The notes under the pieces: model-generated
What the model saw: only the letters and a program-made list of their open reading frames with translations
Told to the model about the DNA's origin: nothing
The model's database searches: none
Made by a program: the position numbers and the translations under genes
Shown here: positions 21,471-30,554 of the stretch, piece by piece
Layout: the number at the start of each line of letters is the position of its first letter
Numbering within the stretch: the first letter of the stretch is position 1
Assembly (NCBI GenBank): GCA_963718615.1
Contig: OY970368.1
Location: 128,001-192,000 of the forward strand
Reading direction: 5' to 3'
Origin: an uncultured cyanobacterium
GTDB lineage: Bacteria > Cyanobacteriota > Cyanobacteriia > PCC-9006 > JAAUQQ01
Length of the DNA stretch: 64,000 nucleotides

Positions 21471-22256
21471 ATGAAAGCCGTTCTATTTGCTGGCGGTTTA
21501 GGAACTCGTTTGAGTGAAGAGACGAGTGTACGCCCTAAGCCCATGGTTGAAATCGGAGGACGCCCGATCCTCTGGCACATCATGAAAACCTACTCGTCCC
21601 ATGGCATTAACGAATTCGTGATTTGCTGTGGTTACAAGGGGTATGTCATCAAGGAATATTTTGCCAATTATTTCCTTCACATGTCAGATGTCACCTTTGA
21701 CATGGTCGAAAATCGGATGACCGTTCATGAGCGTAGTGTTGAACCTTGGCAAGTGACACTAGTTGATACAGGACTCAACACCATGACTGGTGGACGACTT
21801 AAGCGCGTCCGTGAATACATTGGTGATGAGACCTTTTGTCTGACCTATGGAGATGGCGTTGCCGATGTAGACATAACGTCACTCGTTGAATTCCACCAAC
21901 AAAAAGGCATGTTGGCTACCATGACGACGGTTCAACCGCCCGGTCGATTTGGTGCTATTTCGCTGCGAAAGGATGAGACCACAATCCATAGCTTCCAGGA
22001 GAAGCCCGATGGGGACGGTGCCTGGGTCAACGGTGGCTATTTTGTTTTAGAGCCGGAGGTCATCGACTATGTTGCCGACGACACGACGGTTTGGGAGCAG
22101 GAGCCCCTCGAAAAGTTAGCCCAGATGGGTCAATTGTCGGCCTTCAAACATAGCGGCTTTTGGCATCCCATGGATACGCTGCGGGATAAGCAACATCTCG
22201 AAAACCTTTGGAAGTCGAGCAGTGCCCCTTGGAAAGTTTGGGAAGATCTTCGGTAG
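21471..22256 (+). CDS. rfbF: Glucose-1-phosphate cytidylyltransferase
   Basis: AGGLGTRLSEETSVRPKPMVEIGG, TMTGGRLKR, TYGDG, GFWHPMDTLRDK, APWKVW. Confidence 0.95.
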   Translation: MKAVLFAGGLGTRLSEETSVRPKPMVEIGGRPILWHIMKTYSSHGINEFVICCGYKGYVIKEYFANYFLHMSDVTFDMVENRMTVHERSVEPWQVTLVDTGLNTMTGGRLKRVREYIGDETFCLTYGDGVADVDITSLVEFHQQKGMLATMTTVQPPGRFGAISLRKDETTIHSFQEKPDGDGAWVNGGYFVLEPEVIDYVADDTTVWEQEPLEKLAQMGQLSAFKHSGFWHPMDTLRDKQHLENLWKSSSAPWKVWEDLR

Positions 22257-22343
22257 GGAACGGGCGATCGCCTTTTCTATAGGTTTTCTATAGACAGATG
22301 AACGATAGACGGATGAACTTGAGTTAGGAGTAAAAGAATCTCA

Positions 22344-23570
22344 ATGACTTATGATTACGCGATTGTCGGTGGTGGCATCGTTGGTCTTTCAGTTGCAATG
22401 ACGCTGGGTCAACGCTTTCCGGATTCTAAAATTTTGGTTTTAGAAAAAGAGTCGGAATGGGCTCACCACCAAACGGGCAACAACAGCGGCGTCATCCACT
22501 CAGGCATTTACTACAAACCGGGGAGCTTCAAGGCAAAATTCTGCCGAGAGGGAGCACAGTCCATGGTGAGATTTTGTGAAACTCATCAGATTCCCCACGA
22601 AGTTTGCGGCAAGGTCATTATTGCCACGGAAGAGCAAGAGCTGACTCGGCTCGAAAATCTTTATGAGCGGGGCATGCAGAACGGCCTCCCCGTTAAAAAA
22701 ATTACGGCGGAAGAGGTTAAAGAGTACGAGCCCCATGTGAGCGCGATCGCCGGTATCTGGGTGGAGTCCACAGGGATTGCAGACTACCGGAAAGTCTGCC
22801 TCAAGTACGTTGAGATTGCCCAGGCTCAGGGGGCGGATTTACGCCTGAAGACAAAGGTAGAGCGGATTGTTAAGGGCGATCGCGAACAAATCCTCGAAAC
22901 CAATCAGGGCAGTTTTAAAGCCAAGTTTTTGGTCAATTGTGCCGGATTGCAGAGCGATCGCATCGCCAAGCTCGACCAAGTGGATCCCCAGGCCAAAATC
23001 GTTCCCTTCCGAGGCGAGTACTACGAACTCACCCCTGAAAAGCGGCATTTGGTCAAAGGACTGATCTATCCAGTCCCCAATCCAGCCTTCCCGTTTCTTG
23101 GGGTCCATTTCACCCGTATGGTCGATGGCTCCGTTCATGCAGGCCCCAATGCAGTTCTCAGCCTTAAGCGAGAGGGCTATCACAAAACAGACTTCGACTT
23201 GCGTGATTTTGCGGAAGTAATGACTTATCCTGGTTTTTGGAAGCTGGCGGCCAAACATGCGGATGAGGGCATCAAAGAAATCATTCGTTCCTTTAGCAAA
23301 GCGGCTTTTGTCCATAGCCTACAGCGGTTAATCCCGGAGGTGCAGATGGCAGACGTAGTTCCAACCCATGCGGGGGTTCGAGCCCAAGCCCTGATGAATT
23401 CTGGAACGTTGGTGGAGGATTTTCTCATCGTCCAAGGCGAACAGTCGATCCATATCTGTAATGCGCCTTCTCCGGCAGCAACCTCTTCCCTAGAGATTGG
23501 CAAGGCCGTGGTGGAGCAAATTGCTCAAATTCAGGGCGCGATCGCAGCAACCGCATTGTCAGCGTCTTGA
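22344..23570 (+). CDS. lhgO: L-2-hydroxyglutarate oxidase (FAD-dependent)
   Basis: GGGIVG FAD motif, HQTGNNSGVIHSGIYYKPGS, PFRGEYY, PFLGVHFT, NAPSPAATSSL. Confidence 0.92.
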   Translation: MTYDYAIVGGGIVGLSVAMTLGQRFPDSKILVLEKESEWAHHQTGNNSGVIHSGIYYKPGSFKAKFCREGAQSMVRFCETHQIPHEVCGKVIIATEEQELTRLENLYERGMQNGLPVKKITAEEVKEYEPHVSAIAGIWVESTGIADYRKVCLKYVEIAQAQGADLRLKTKVERIVKGDREQILETNQGSFKAKFLVNCAGLQSDRIAKLDQVDPQAKIVPFRGEYYELTPEKRHLVKGLIYPVPNPAFPFLGVHFTRMVDGSVHAGPNAVLSLKREGYHKTDFDLRDFAEVMTYPGFWKLAAKHADEGIKEIIRSFSKAAFVHSLQRLIPEVQMADVVPTHAGVRAQALMNSGTLVEDFLIVQGEQSIHICNAPSPAATSSLEIGKAVVEQIAQIQGAIAATALSAS

Positions 23571-23681
23571 CCCCCTCTGATTACCTACAGAGCCAATTAC
23601 CTAAGATCCGATTACCTAAAGATCTGAAATTTCCTGGATCTGACTACATCTGACTCACCTAAATCCTAAATCTTTAAACTT

Positions 23682-24704
23682 ATGAAAGTTCTGGTGACTG
23701 GAACCGAAGGTTATCTCGGTTGTTTGCTGGCTCCCATGCTGATGGAGCGCGGCCATGAGGTTACAGCGGTTGATACTGGTTTTTACAAGTCCGGCTGGCT
23801 TTACAACGGCACGGGTAAAACCGCTAAAACCCTAACCAAGGATATTCGCAATATTGAACTCGAAGACCTAGCAGGAATTGAAGCCATCGTTCACATGGCT
23901 GAGCTCTCTAATGACCCCACTGGTCAGCTTTCGCCCACGATTACCTACGACATTAACCATAAGGGTTCGGTTCGTCTGGCGGAACTGGCCAAGCAAGCAG
24001 GGGTACGCCGGTTTGTGTATATGTCCTCCTGTAGCGTTTACGGCGTTGCCACCGACGGAGACATTACCGAAGCATCGCCGGTCAATCCGCAAACCGCCTA
24101 CGCTGAGTGCAAAACCTTCGTCGAGCGGGATTTGCAGCCAATGGCAGATGATGATTTCTCGCCCACGTTCATGCGGAACGCCACGGCCTTTGGGGCGTCG
24201 CCTCGGATGCGGTTTGACATCGTCGTCAACAACCTCTCGGGTCTGGCTTGGACCACGAAAGAAATCAAAATGAGCAGCGACGGCACCCCCTGGCGTCCGC
24301 TCGTCCATGCTCTGGATATTGCCAAGTCGATTTACTGTGTTCTGGAAGCACCGCGCGACATCATCCACAATCAAATCTTCAATGTGGGCGACACCAGCAA
24401 TAACTACCAGGTGCGACAGATTGCCGAAATTATTGCCGCTGAGTTCCCCGGTTGTAGCCTCAGCTTTGGCGAGAACGGAGCCGACAACCGCAGTTACCGG
24501 GTTTCCTTCGACAAGATCAACAGCCAACTACCCGGCTTCAAGTGTGACTGGAACGTCGAGCGAGGCGCAAAGCAACTTCACAAAGTCTTTGCCCAAATTG
24601 ACATGACCCAGGAGATGTTTGAGTCCCGTGGCTTTACCCGCCTCAAGCAGTTGGAATATCTCATCCGGACCCAGCAAATCGATCAAGACTTTTTCTGGAA
24701 GTAA
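23682..24704 (+). CDS. NAD-dependent nucleotide-sugar epimerase/reductase (extended SDR)
   Basis: VTGTEGYLG, SSCSVYG, YAECK (YxxxK), RNATAFGASPRMRFD. Confidence 0.9.
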   Translation: MKVLVTGTEGYLGCLLAPMLMERGHEVTAVDTGFYKSGWLYNGTGKTAKTLTKDIRNIELEDLAGIEAIVHMAELSNDPTGQLSPTITYDINHKGSVRLAELAKQAGVRRFVYMSSCSVYGVATDGDITEASPVNPQTAYAECKTFVERDLQPMADDDFSPTFMRNATAFGASPRMRFDIVVNNLSGLAWTTKEIKMSSDGTPWRPLVHALDIAKSIYCVLEAPRDIIHNQIFNVGDTSNNYQVRQIAEIIAAEFPGCSLSFGENGADNRSYRVSFDKINSQLPGFKCDWNVERGAKQLHKVFAQIDMTQEMFESRGFTRLKQLEYLIRTQQIDQDFFWK

Positions 24705-24782
24705 CTCCAAAAGCGACCCAGCAGCTCATCCTGGTCGTCAATCTTGTCGTCAACCCTGGTAGTCAAATCTAGAGACAAACTG

Positions 24783-25310
24783 ATGCTGTTTACCGAAACC
24801 AAGCTGAAAGGCGCATTTATCATTGACCTGGAAATGCGTGAGGACGATCGCGGCGGCTTTGCCCGCACCTTCTGTTCCAAGGAATTTGAAGCGCACGGCA
24901 TTAAACCCACCTTTGTGCAGTGCAATCTCTCGTTTAACTACAAAGCCGGTACCCTCAGGGGCATGCATTATCAAGTTGCACCGGCCTGCGAAACCAAGCT
25001 GGTGCGCTGCACCCAAGGCGCAATTTACGATGTCATCATCGACATGCGTCCGGACTCGCCCACGTACATGCAGCATATTGGGGTAGAGCTGACCGCCGAG
25101 AATCACCGGGCGCTGTTGGTTCCCGAAATGTTTGCCCATGGTTACCAGGCGCTGACCGATGGGGCCGAAGTGGTCTATCAGGTGGGCGAGTTTTATACTC
25201 CCGGCTATGAACGCGGTCTTCGCTACGACGATCCGGCCTTTGGCATCGAATGGCCCATGGAAGTAACCGTCATCTCCGAAAAGGATGCAGCTTGGTCCCT
25301 GTTTGAATAA
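24783..25310 (+). CDS. rfbC: NDP-4-keto-sugar 3,5-epimerase (RmlC/RfbC cupin)
   Basis: DDRGGFARTF, GTLRGMHYQ, KLVRCTQGAIYDVIIDMRPDSPTY, FAHGYQ, DDPAFGIEWP, ISEKD. ATG at 24783. Confidence 0.92.
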   Translation: MLFTETKLKGAFIIDLEMREDDRGGFARTFCSKEFEAHGIKPTFVQCNLSFNYKAGTLRGMHYQVAPACETKLVRCTQGAIYDVIIDMRPDSPTYMQHIGVELTAENHRALLVPEMFAHGYQALTDGAEVVYQVGEFYTPGYERGLRYDDPAFGIEWPMEVTVISEKDAAWSLFE

Positions 25311-25340
25311 TCGTTTGAATGCGCATATGTCCCATCCATC

Positions 25341-26294
25341 ATGAAGCTCAGCGTAATTCTCCCTTGCCATAACGGAGCGGCGACGATCGCTCAGCAGCTC
25401 GATGCCCTCGTGGCTCAGCAGTATGCGGGCGAGTGGGAAATGATTGTGGTGAATAATGGTTCGACGGATGAATCGGTAGCGATCGCCCAACAATATAGCG
25501 ATCGCCTCCCCCAATTCCGCATCGTTGATGCCCATCACCCTCCCGAACCCTTACTCGGGGTCACCCATTCCTACAACGTGGGTCTCCAAGCCGCGACTGG
25601 CGATGCCTTTGTCTTTTGCGAAGCGGATGACGAAGTGGGTCCGGCATGGCTGGCGAGTGCCGCCCAAGGTCTAGAGCAAGCAGACTGTGTGGCGGGTCCG
25701 TTGGATCACACCAAGCTCAATCCCCCTTGGCTCTTCAAAACCTTTGGCCCTGGAACTCAGTTAGATGAACTGCCTCGGTTTTATCTGATGAAGGAGTTAA
25801 CCTACGCCTCAGGCTGCAACCTAGGTTTTCGTCGTGCTGTCTATGAAGCCTTAGGTCCGATTGACGAGTCCATTCGCTATGTTTGGGATACAGAGTTTTG
25901 CTGGAACATCCAGCTTTCAGGTTTTACGCTCAAGCTGGTGCCCGGTATGCTGGTTCACTATCGCTTACCCACCTCCTTGGCCAAAATCTATCGCAGAAGT
26001 TTTCTCTGGTGTGTCGAAACGGTTGATTTGCAGCGACGGTTCCGGCGACCCAATGCCCCCTTTTGGTACCTACGGGTTACCTATTGGGTGATTAAGAATG
26101 CCCTAAGGCTCGCGGTGGGATGGATCACCTATCCCCTGGTTCGTTCCAAGGGCAATATCGCCAAAGCCTTGTATGAACTGGGAGGATGCCTAGGTCGATT
26201 TCAGGGCAATCGCCAATACGGCCCTCTGCCCACCTCCCGAAAATCAGAGCCTGCCATCTCGCTCGATGAACGCAAAGAAATCAGTGCCCTATAA
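25341..26294 (+). CDS. Glycosyltransferase family 2
   Basis: LSVILPCHNG, VNNGSTD, FCEADD. Confidence 0.9.
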   Translation: MKLSVILPCHNGAATIAQQLDALVAQQYAGEWEMIVVNNGSTDESVAIAQQYSDRLPQFRIVDAHHPPEPLLGVTHSYNVGLQAATGDAFVFCEADDEVGPAWLASAAQGLEQADCVAGPLDHTKLNPPWLFKTFGPGTQLDELPRFYLMKELTYASGCNLGFRRAVYEALGPIDESIRYVWDTEFCWNIQLSGFTLKLVPGMLVHYRLPTSLAKIYRRSFLWCVETVDLQRRFRRPNAPFWYLRVTYWVIKNALRLAVGWITYPLVRSKGNIAKALYELGGCLGRFQGNRQYGPLPTSRKSEPAISLDERKEISAL

Positions 26295-26372
26295 CGCAGC
26301 CTAAGCTGCTTAACCGGTCAACCATCAGGACTTAGCGTTCCGCTTTATCAAAACTATCCAAAGAAGAATCCT

Positions 26373-27710
26373 ATGATTATTGTCGATCAAGCTCTCAAAG
26401 CCCGTGCCGAAGCCGGAAACCCCGTTCGCGTGGCCATGATTGGGGCCGGTTTTATGGGACGGGGCGTCGCGAATCAAATTATTAATTCTGTGCCAGGCAT
26501 GGAATTGGTCGCCGTTTCCAATCGCAATTTGGCGGGGGCGGAGCGGGCCTATCGGGAAGCCGGTCGGGAAGATTTCATCGAAGTTAACGATGTTTCCGCT
26601 TTAGAGGCCGCAATTCAAAAGGGTCAACCGGCGGTAACGGAAGATGCCATGTTGCTCTGTCGGGCCGAGGGCATTGATGCGGTGATCGATGTGACAGGTG
26701 CGATCGAATTTGGCACCCATGTGGTGATGGAGGCGATCGCCAACCAAAAACACATCGTTTCCATGAACGCCGAGCTCGACGGTACCATTGGTCCCATCCT
26801 CAAAACCTACGCCGATAAGGCAGGCATTATCCTCACGGGCTGCGATGGCGACCAGCCAGGAGTTCAAGCCAATCTCTATCGCTTTGTGAAAAGCATTGGT
26901 CTAACGCCTCTGGTTTGCGGCAATATCAAGGGCCTTCAGGATCCCTACCGCAACCCCACGACCCAGGAAGGCTTTGCCAAGCAGTGGGGCCAAAATCCTT
27001 ACATGGTGACCAGTTTTGCGGATGGTACAAAGATTTCCTTTGAGCAAGCGATCGTCGCCAACATGACCGGCATGACTGTGGCCAAGCGGGGCATGCTGGG
27101 CTACGACTTCCGGCTCCATGCTGATGAACTGGTACAGCAGTTTGGTCTGGACAACTACACCGGCCACATCGACGATGTCACGAAAATCTACGACATTGAT
27201 CAGCTCAAGGAGCTGGGCGGCATTGTGGACTACGTGGTCGGTCTCAAGCCTGGTCCTGGGGTTTATGTTTTTGCGACCCACGACGATCCGAAACAGCAGC
27301 ATTATTTGAATTTGTACAAGCTGGGCCAGGGTCCGCTCTACAGCTTCTACACTCCCTACCACCTCTGCCACTTTGAGGTTCCCCTCTCGGCAGCACGGGC
27401 GGTACTTTGCAATGACGTGGTCTTGGCTCCCCAGGGTGCGCCCCTTGTGGATGTGGTGGCGACGGCGAAGACCGATCTGAAGGCAGGCACTACCCTGGAC
27501 GAATTGGGCGGCTACAACACCTATGGTCAGTGCGAAACTGCTGAGATTACCCTGCGCGATCGCCTCCTTCCCATTGGCCTAGCCGAAGGCTGTCGCCTCA
27601 AGCGCGATCTGCCCAAGGACGCGGTCCTCACCTACGACGATGTCGAATTCCCCGAAGGACGGCTGTGCGATAAACTGCGGGCAGAGCAAGACAGCCACTT
27701 TTTCGGTTAA
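26373..27710 (+). CDS. NAD(P)-dependent oxidoreductase, homoserine-dehydrogenase-like, with C-terminal SAF domain
   Basis: IGAGFMG Rossmann motif, GDQPG, SFADGTK, PYHLCHFE, SAF region AKTDLKAGTTLD..LPIGLAEGCRLKRDLPKD. Confidence 0.88.
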   Translation: MIIVDQALKARAEAGNPVRVAMIGAGFMGRGVANQIINSVPGMELVAVSNRNLAGAERAYREAGREDFIEVNDVSALEAAIQKGQPAVTEDAMLLCRAEGIDAVIDVTGAIEFGTHVVMEAIANQKHIVSMNAELDGTIGPILKTYADKAGIILTGCDGDQPGVQANLYRFVKSIGLTPLVCGNIKGLQDPYRNPTTQEGFAKQWGQNPYMVTSFADGTKISFEQAIVANMTGMTVAKRGMLGYDFRLHADELVQQFGLDNYTGHIDDVTKIYDIDQLKELGGIVDYVVGLKPGPGVYVFATHDDPKQQHYLNLYKLGQGPLYSFYTPYHLCHFEVPLSAARAVLCNDVVLAPQGAPLVDVVATAKTDLKAGTTLDELGGYNTYGQCETAEITLRDRLLPIGLAEGCRLKRDLPKDAVLTYDDVEFPEGRLCDKLRAEQDSHFFG

Positions 27711-27725
27711 GACCAGACCTCAGCC

Positions 27726-28583
27726 ATGACAACCGTTTTTGCATCAGACTGGACCACGCTGGATCGCTCTGAATCGGACGTCATTGGCCTGATTCCCGCC
27801 GGGGGCCAAGCCACCCGCTTGGCCCCTTTACCCTTGAGCAAAGAGCTCTATCCCATCGGCTTTCAGGAGCTTCCCGAGAAAGGACTGCGGCCTAAGGTGG
27901 TGGGTCAATATTTACTGGAAAATTTTCGCCAAGCGGGAATCCGCAAGGTGTTTTTTATTTTGAGGCCGGGGAAGTGGGACATTCCGGCTTATTTTGGCTC
28001 GGGCGATCGCCTCAATCTCGACCTAGGCTACCTCGTTGTCGAAAATTCTACGGGCGTCCCCGACACCCTCAACCAAGCCTACGCCTTTGTCAAACAGGCC
28101 CGTGTGGCCCTCGGCTTTCCCGATATTTTGTTTTATCCCTCTACGGTTTTTCAGCTGCTGCTGGACCATCAAGCCCAAACCCAAGCGGCGGTTGTGCTCG
28201 GCCTAGTGCCCTTGAAACCAGGCCAGCGAGCGGGCGTCGTAGATTTTGACGCCTCAGGGCGAGTAACGGCCATTCTTGAAAAACCGGAAAGCACGGATTT
28301 GACCTACGGCTGGGGTGCGGCGGTGTGGTCTCCGATGTTCACAGAATTTCTACACGGGTTCCAGGCTCAGCGACGGAAGACCGAGGCGGGTCCCGAGGTT
28401 CCGATTGGGGATGTGATCCAGGGGGCGATCGCCCAAGGACTCCCGGTTCAGGCCGTAGCTTTTCCAGAGGGACACTTTCTCGACATTGGCATTACCGATA
28501 ATCTCATCAGAGCAGTGCACCAATTTTCTGCGGACCCTTCCTTGTTTGCCGATATCTCCCCCATCACTCCCGATCGCCATTAA
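27726..28583 (+). CDS. Sugar-phosphate nucleotidyltransferase (RmlA-like)
   Basis: GLIPAGGQATRLAPLPLSKELYP, LGFPD, ILEKP, LDIG. Confidence 0.85.
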   Translation: MTTVFASDWTTLDRSESDVIGLIPAGGQATRLAPLPLSKELYPIGFQELPEKGLRPKVVGQYLLENFRQAGIRKVFFILRPGKWDIPAYFGSGDRLNLDLGYLVVENSTGVPDTLNQAYAFVKQARVALGFPDILFYPSTVFQLLLDHQAQTQAAVVLGLVPLKPGQRAGVVDFDASGRVTAILEKPESTDLTYGWGAAVWSPMFTEFLHGFQAQRRKTEAGPEVPIGDVIQGAIAQGLPVQAVAFPEGHFLDIGITDNLIRAVHQFSADPSLFADISPITPDRH

Positions 28584-28615
28584 AAAGCGCACTGAGTAAA
28601 CACTCAGCACGCTTT
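28582..28615. terminator. Probable bidirectional intrinsic terminator between convergent genes
   Basis: AAAAAGCG-CA-CTGAGT-AAAC-ACTCAG-CA-CGCTTT imperfect hairpin flanked by A and T runs. Confidence 0.6.
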
Positions 28616-28660
28616 CCAAACGCAATGGAAACGATTTCCTTCATTAAGGGAAAGTGAAAT

Positions 28661-28816
28661 TTACAAGTCGCCGCCCCGGAAGGCCAGAAGAACGACCACG
28701 ACCGGACCGGCCAGCACGATCAGGGCCAGCGAGATGAGCTGAAAAATCACCTCAAAATTAATTCCACCAACGAAACTTGCGAGACCACTAAAAATGCCAG
28801 CGAGTACCAGAGACAT
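28661..28816 (-). CDS. psb30: Photosystem II reaction centre protein Psb30/Ycf12 (51 aa, missing from the ORF track)
   Basis: Hand translation [51 protein letters not shown] matches the Ycf12 pattern (INFEVIxQL...AGP...LLA.RxGxL). Strong SD GGGAGGAG upstream. Confidence 0.93.
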   Translation of the reverse strand: MSLVLAGIFSGLASFVGGINFEVIFQLISLALIVLAGPVVVVLLAFRGGDL

Positions 28817-28963
28817 ATCTCCTCCCTATAACCCAAGCAACGCAATGAACGATTAAGCCTTAGCAGTATTTGATTTTATCGGTTCGCCGTCCCCTGAATT
28901 TAAGGAAAGTTACAAAACTCCATCAATTTTTGTACGGGATCGAGGAAACCAAGAGGGTTGGCA

Positions 28964-30457
28964 TCAATTCTCTCGCGGCATGATTTGGGAGAGCTGTTCG
29001 AGGTCCAGGACTTCTGCCAGTTGGGTTTCATCCATGAGCCCTTTCTCTAGGACAATCTGGCGAAGGGTCTTACCACTGTCCAGGGATTTTTTGGCCACGG
29101 CGGCGGCGTTGAGGTAGCCAATGTGGGGATTGAGGGCAGTGACGAGGGACAGTGTGCGCTCTGCGTAGCCGAGGCAGCGATCGGCGTTAGCGGTGATGCC
29201 CTGGAGACAGCGTTGGTCGAGGGCACTGAGGGTGTTGCCGAGAATTTCGATGCTGTGGATGAGGTTGTAGGCGATCAGCGGCATCATCACATTGAGTTCC
29301 AACTGACCAGCTTGGGCACAGAGGGCGATCGCGCTGTCATACCCCATTATTTGAAAACACACCATCGAGGTCATCTCCGCCATCACCGGGTTATATTTCC
29401 CCGGCATAATCGACGAACCGGGCTGGACCGGCGGTAATTGGATTTCTTTGAGCCCGGTCATAGGCCCCGAATCCATCAGCCGCAGATCGTGGGAAATCTT
29501 GACCAAATCCTGAGCTAGATTTCGTAATGCACCGGAAACCGCCACAAAGGGAGCCATGCTCTGCATCGCCGCCATGAGGTGAGGCGCAGACTGCAGCGGA
29601 AAGCCCGTGAGCTCGCCTAACACTGCGGCGACGCGGTGGGCATAGCGAGGGTGGGTGTTCATGCCCGTGCCGGAGGCGCTGCCGCCTAGGCCCAATTGCA
29701 TCAGATCCTGGGCCGCAAATTCTAACCGCCGCAAATGGTCTTGCAAAATCTGTGCCCAGGCCCGGAAGCCTTCACCTAAGCGAACAGGGACAGCGTCCTG
29801 CATGTGGGTGCGGGCAGATTTGACAATGGGTTGAAATTCTTCGGCCTTGGCTTCGAGGGTGGCGATCGCCCCCTTCAAACTCGGATACAGCGAATGGGCC
29901 AGCGCCAGCAGCCCCCCAATCCGAATCGCCGTGGGAATGACATCGTTCGTAGATTGACCATAATTGACGTGGTCATTGGGACTGAGCCGCTGATAATTCC
30001 CCTTTTCGTCGCCCAAAATCTCTAGGGCTCGATTGGCCAGAACCTCATTGAGATTCATGTGGTGAGAGGTTCCGGCTCCAGCTTGATAGACATCCACCAC
30101 AAACTGGTCCCGCAGGTTGCCCTGCAAAATCTCGTCCGTGGCCTGGACGATGGCATCGGCCATGTCCTGGGGAATGCAGCCGAGCTCTCCATTCACCATC
30201 GCCGTCGCCTTTTTAATCAGCAAACCCGCATCCACATAGGTCGGCAGGGGTTTGAGGCCACTGATGGGAAAATTTTCCGTGGCCCGTAGGGTTTGGATTC
30301 CGTAGTAGACGTCATGGGGGATGGGGCGATCGCCCATGGAATCTTTTTCGATGCGGCAGTTTGCTAAGGAGTTTTCTGGGGCACTGGATTGCGGGACACT
30401 GGATTGCGGGACACTGGATTGCGGGGCACTAGATTGCGGGGCACTAGATTGAGACAT
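28964..30457 (-). CDS. aspA: Aspartate ammonia-lyase / class II fumarase family lyase
   Basis: RIEKDSMG, YYGIQTLRA, QAGAGTSHHMN, GQSTND, RTHMQDAVP, GSSIMPGKYNP signature. Substrate (aspartate vs fumarate) is not resolvable by eye. Confidence 0.85.
   Translation of the reverse strand: MSQSSAPQSSAPQSSVPQSSVPQSSAPENSLANCRIEKDSMGDRPIPHDVYYGIQTLRATENFPISGLKPLPTYVDAGLLIKKATAMVNGELGCIPQDMADAIVQATDEILQGNLRDQFVVDVYQAGAGTSHHMNLNEVLANRALEILGDEKGNYQRLSPNDHVNYGQSTNDVIPTAIRIGGLLALAHSLYPSLKGAIATLEAKAEEFQPIVKSARTHMQDAVPVRLGEGFRAWAQILQDHLRRLEFAAQDLMQLGLGGSASGTGMNTHPRYAHRVAAVLGELTGFPLQSAPHLMAAMQSMAPFVAVSGALRNLAQDLVKISHDLRLMDSGPMTGLKEIQLPPVQPGSSIMPGKYNPVMAEMTSMVCFQIMGYDSAIALCAQAGQLELNVMMPLIAYNLIHSIEILGNTLSALDQRCLQGITANADRCLGYAERTLSLVTALNPHIGYLNAAAVAKKSLDSGKTLRQIVLEKGLMDETQLAEVLDLEQLSQIMPREN
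30378..30451 (-). repeat. Coding 15-bp tandem repeat (x5) at the aspA N-terminus
   Basis: Encodes QSSAP-QSSAP-QSSVP-QSSVP-QSSAP. Confidence 0.9.
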
Positions 30458-30554
30458 GGTCGATAGCTGGCAGCATTGACAGGCGACTTTCTATTGTGCC
30501 GGACCATCTGTCCTTAGAGCACCCCCTTAGAACATTGCCCTTAAAACATTGTCC

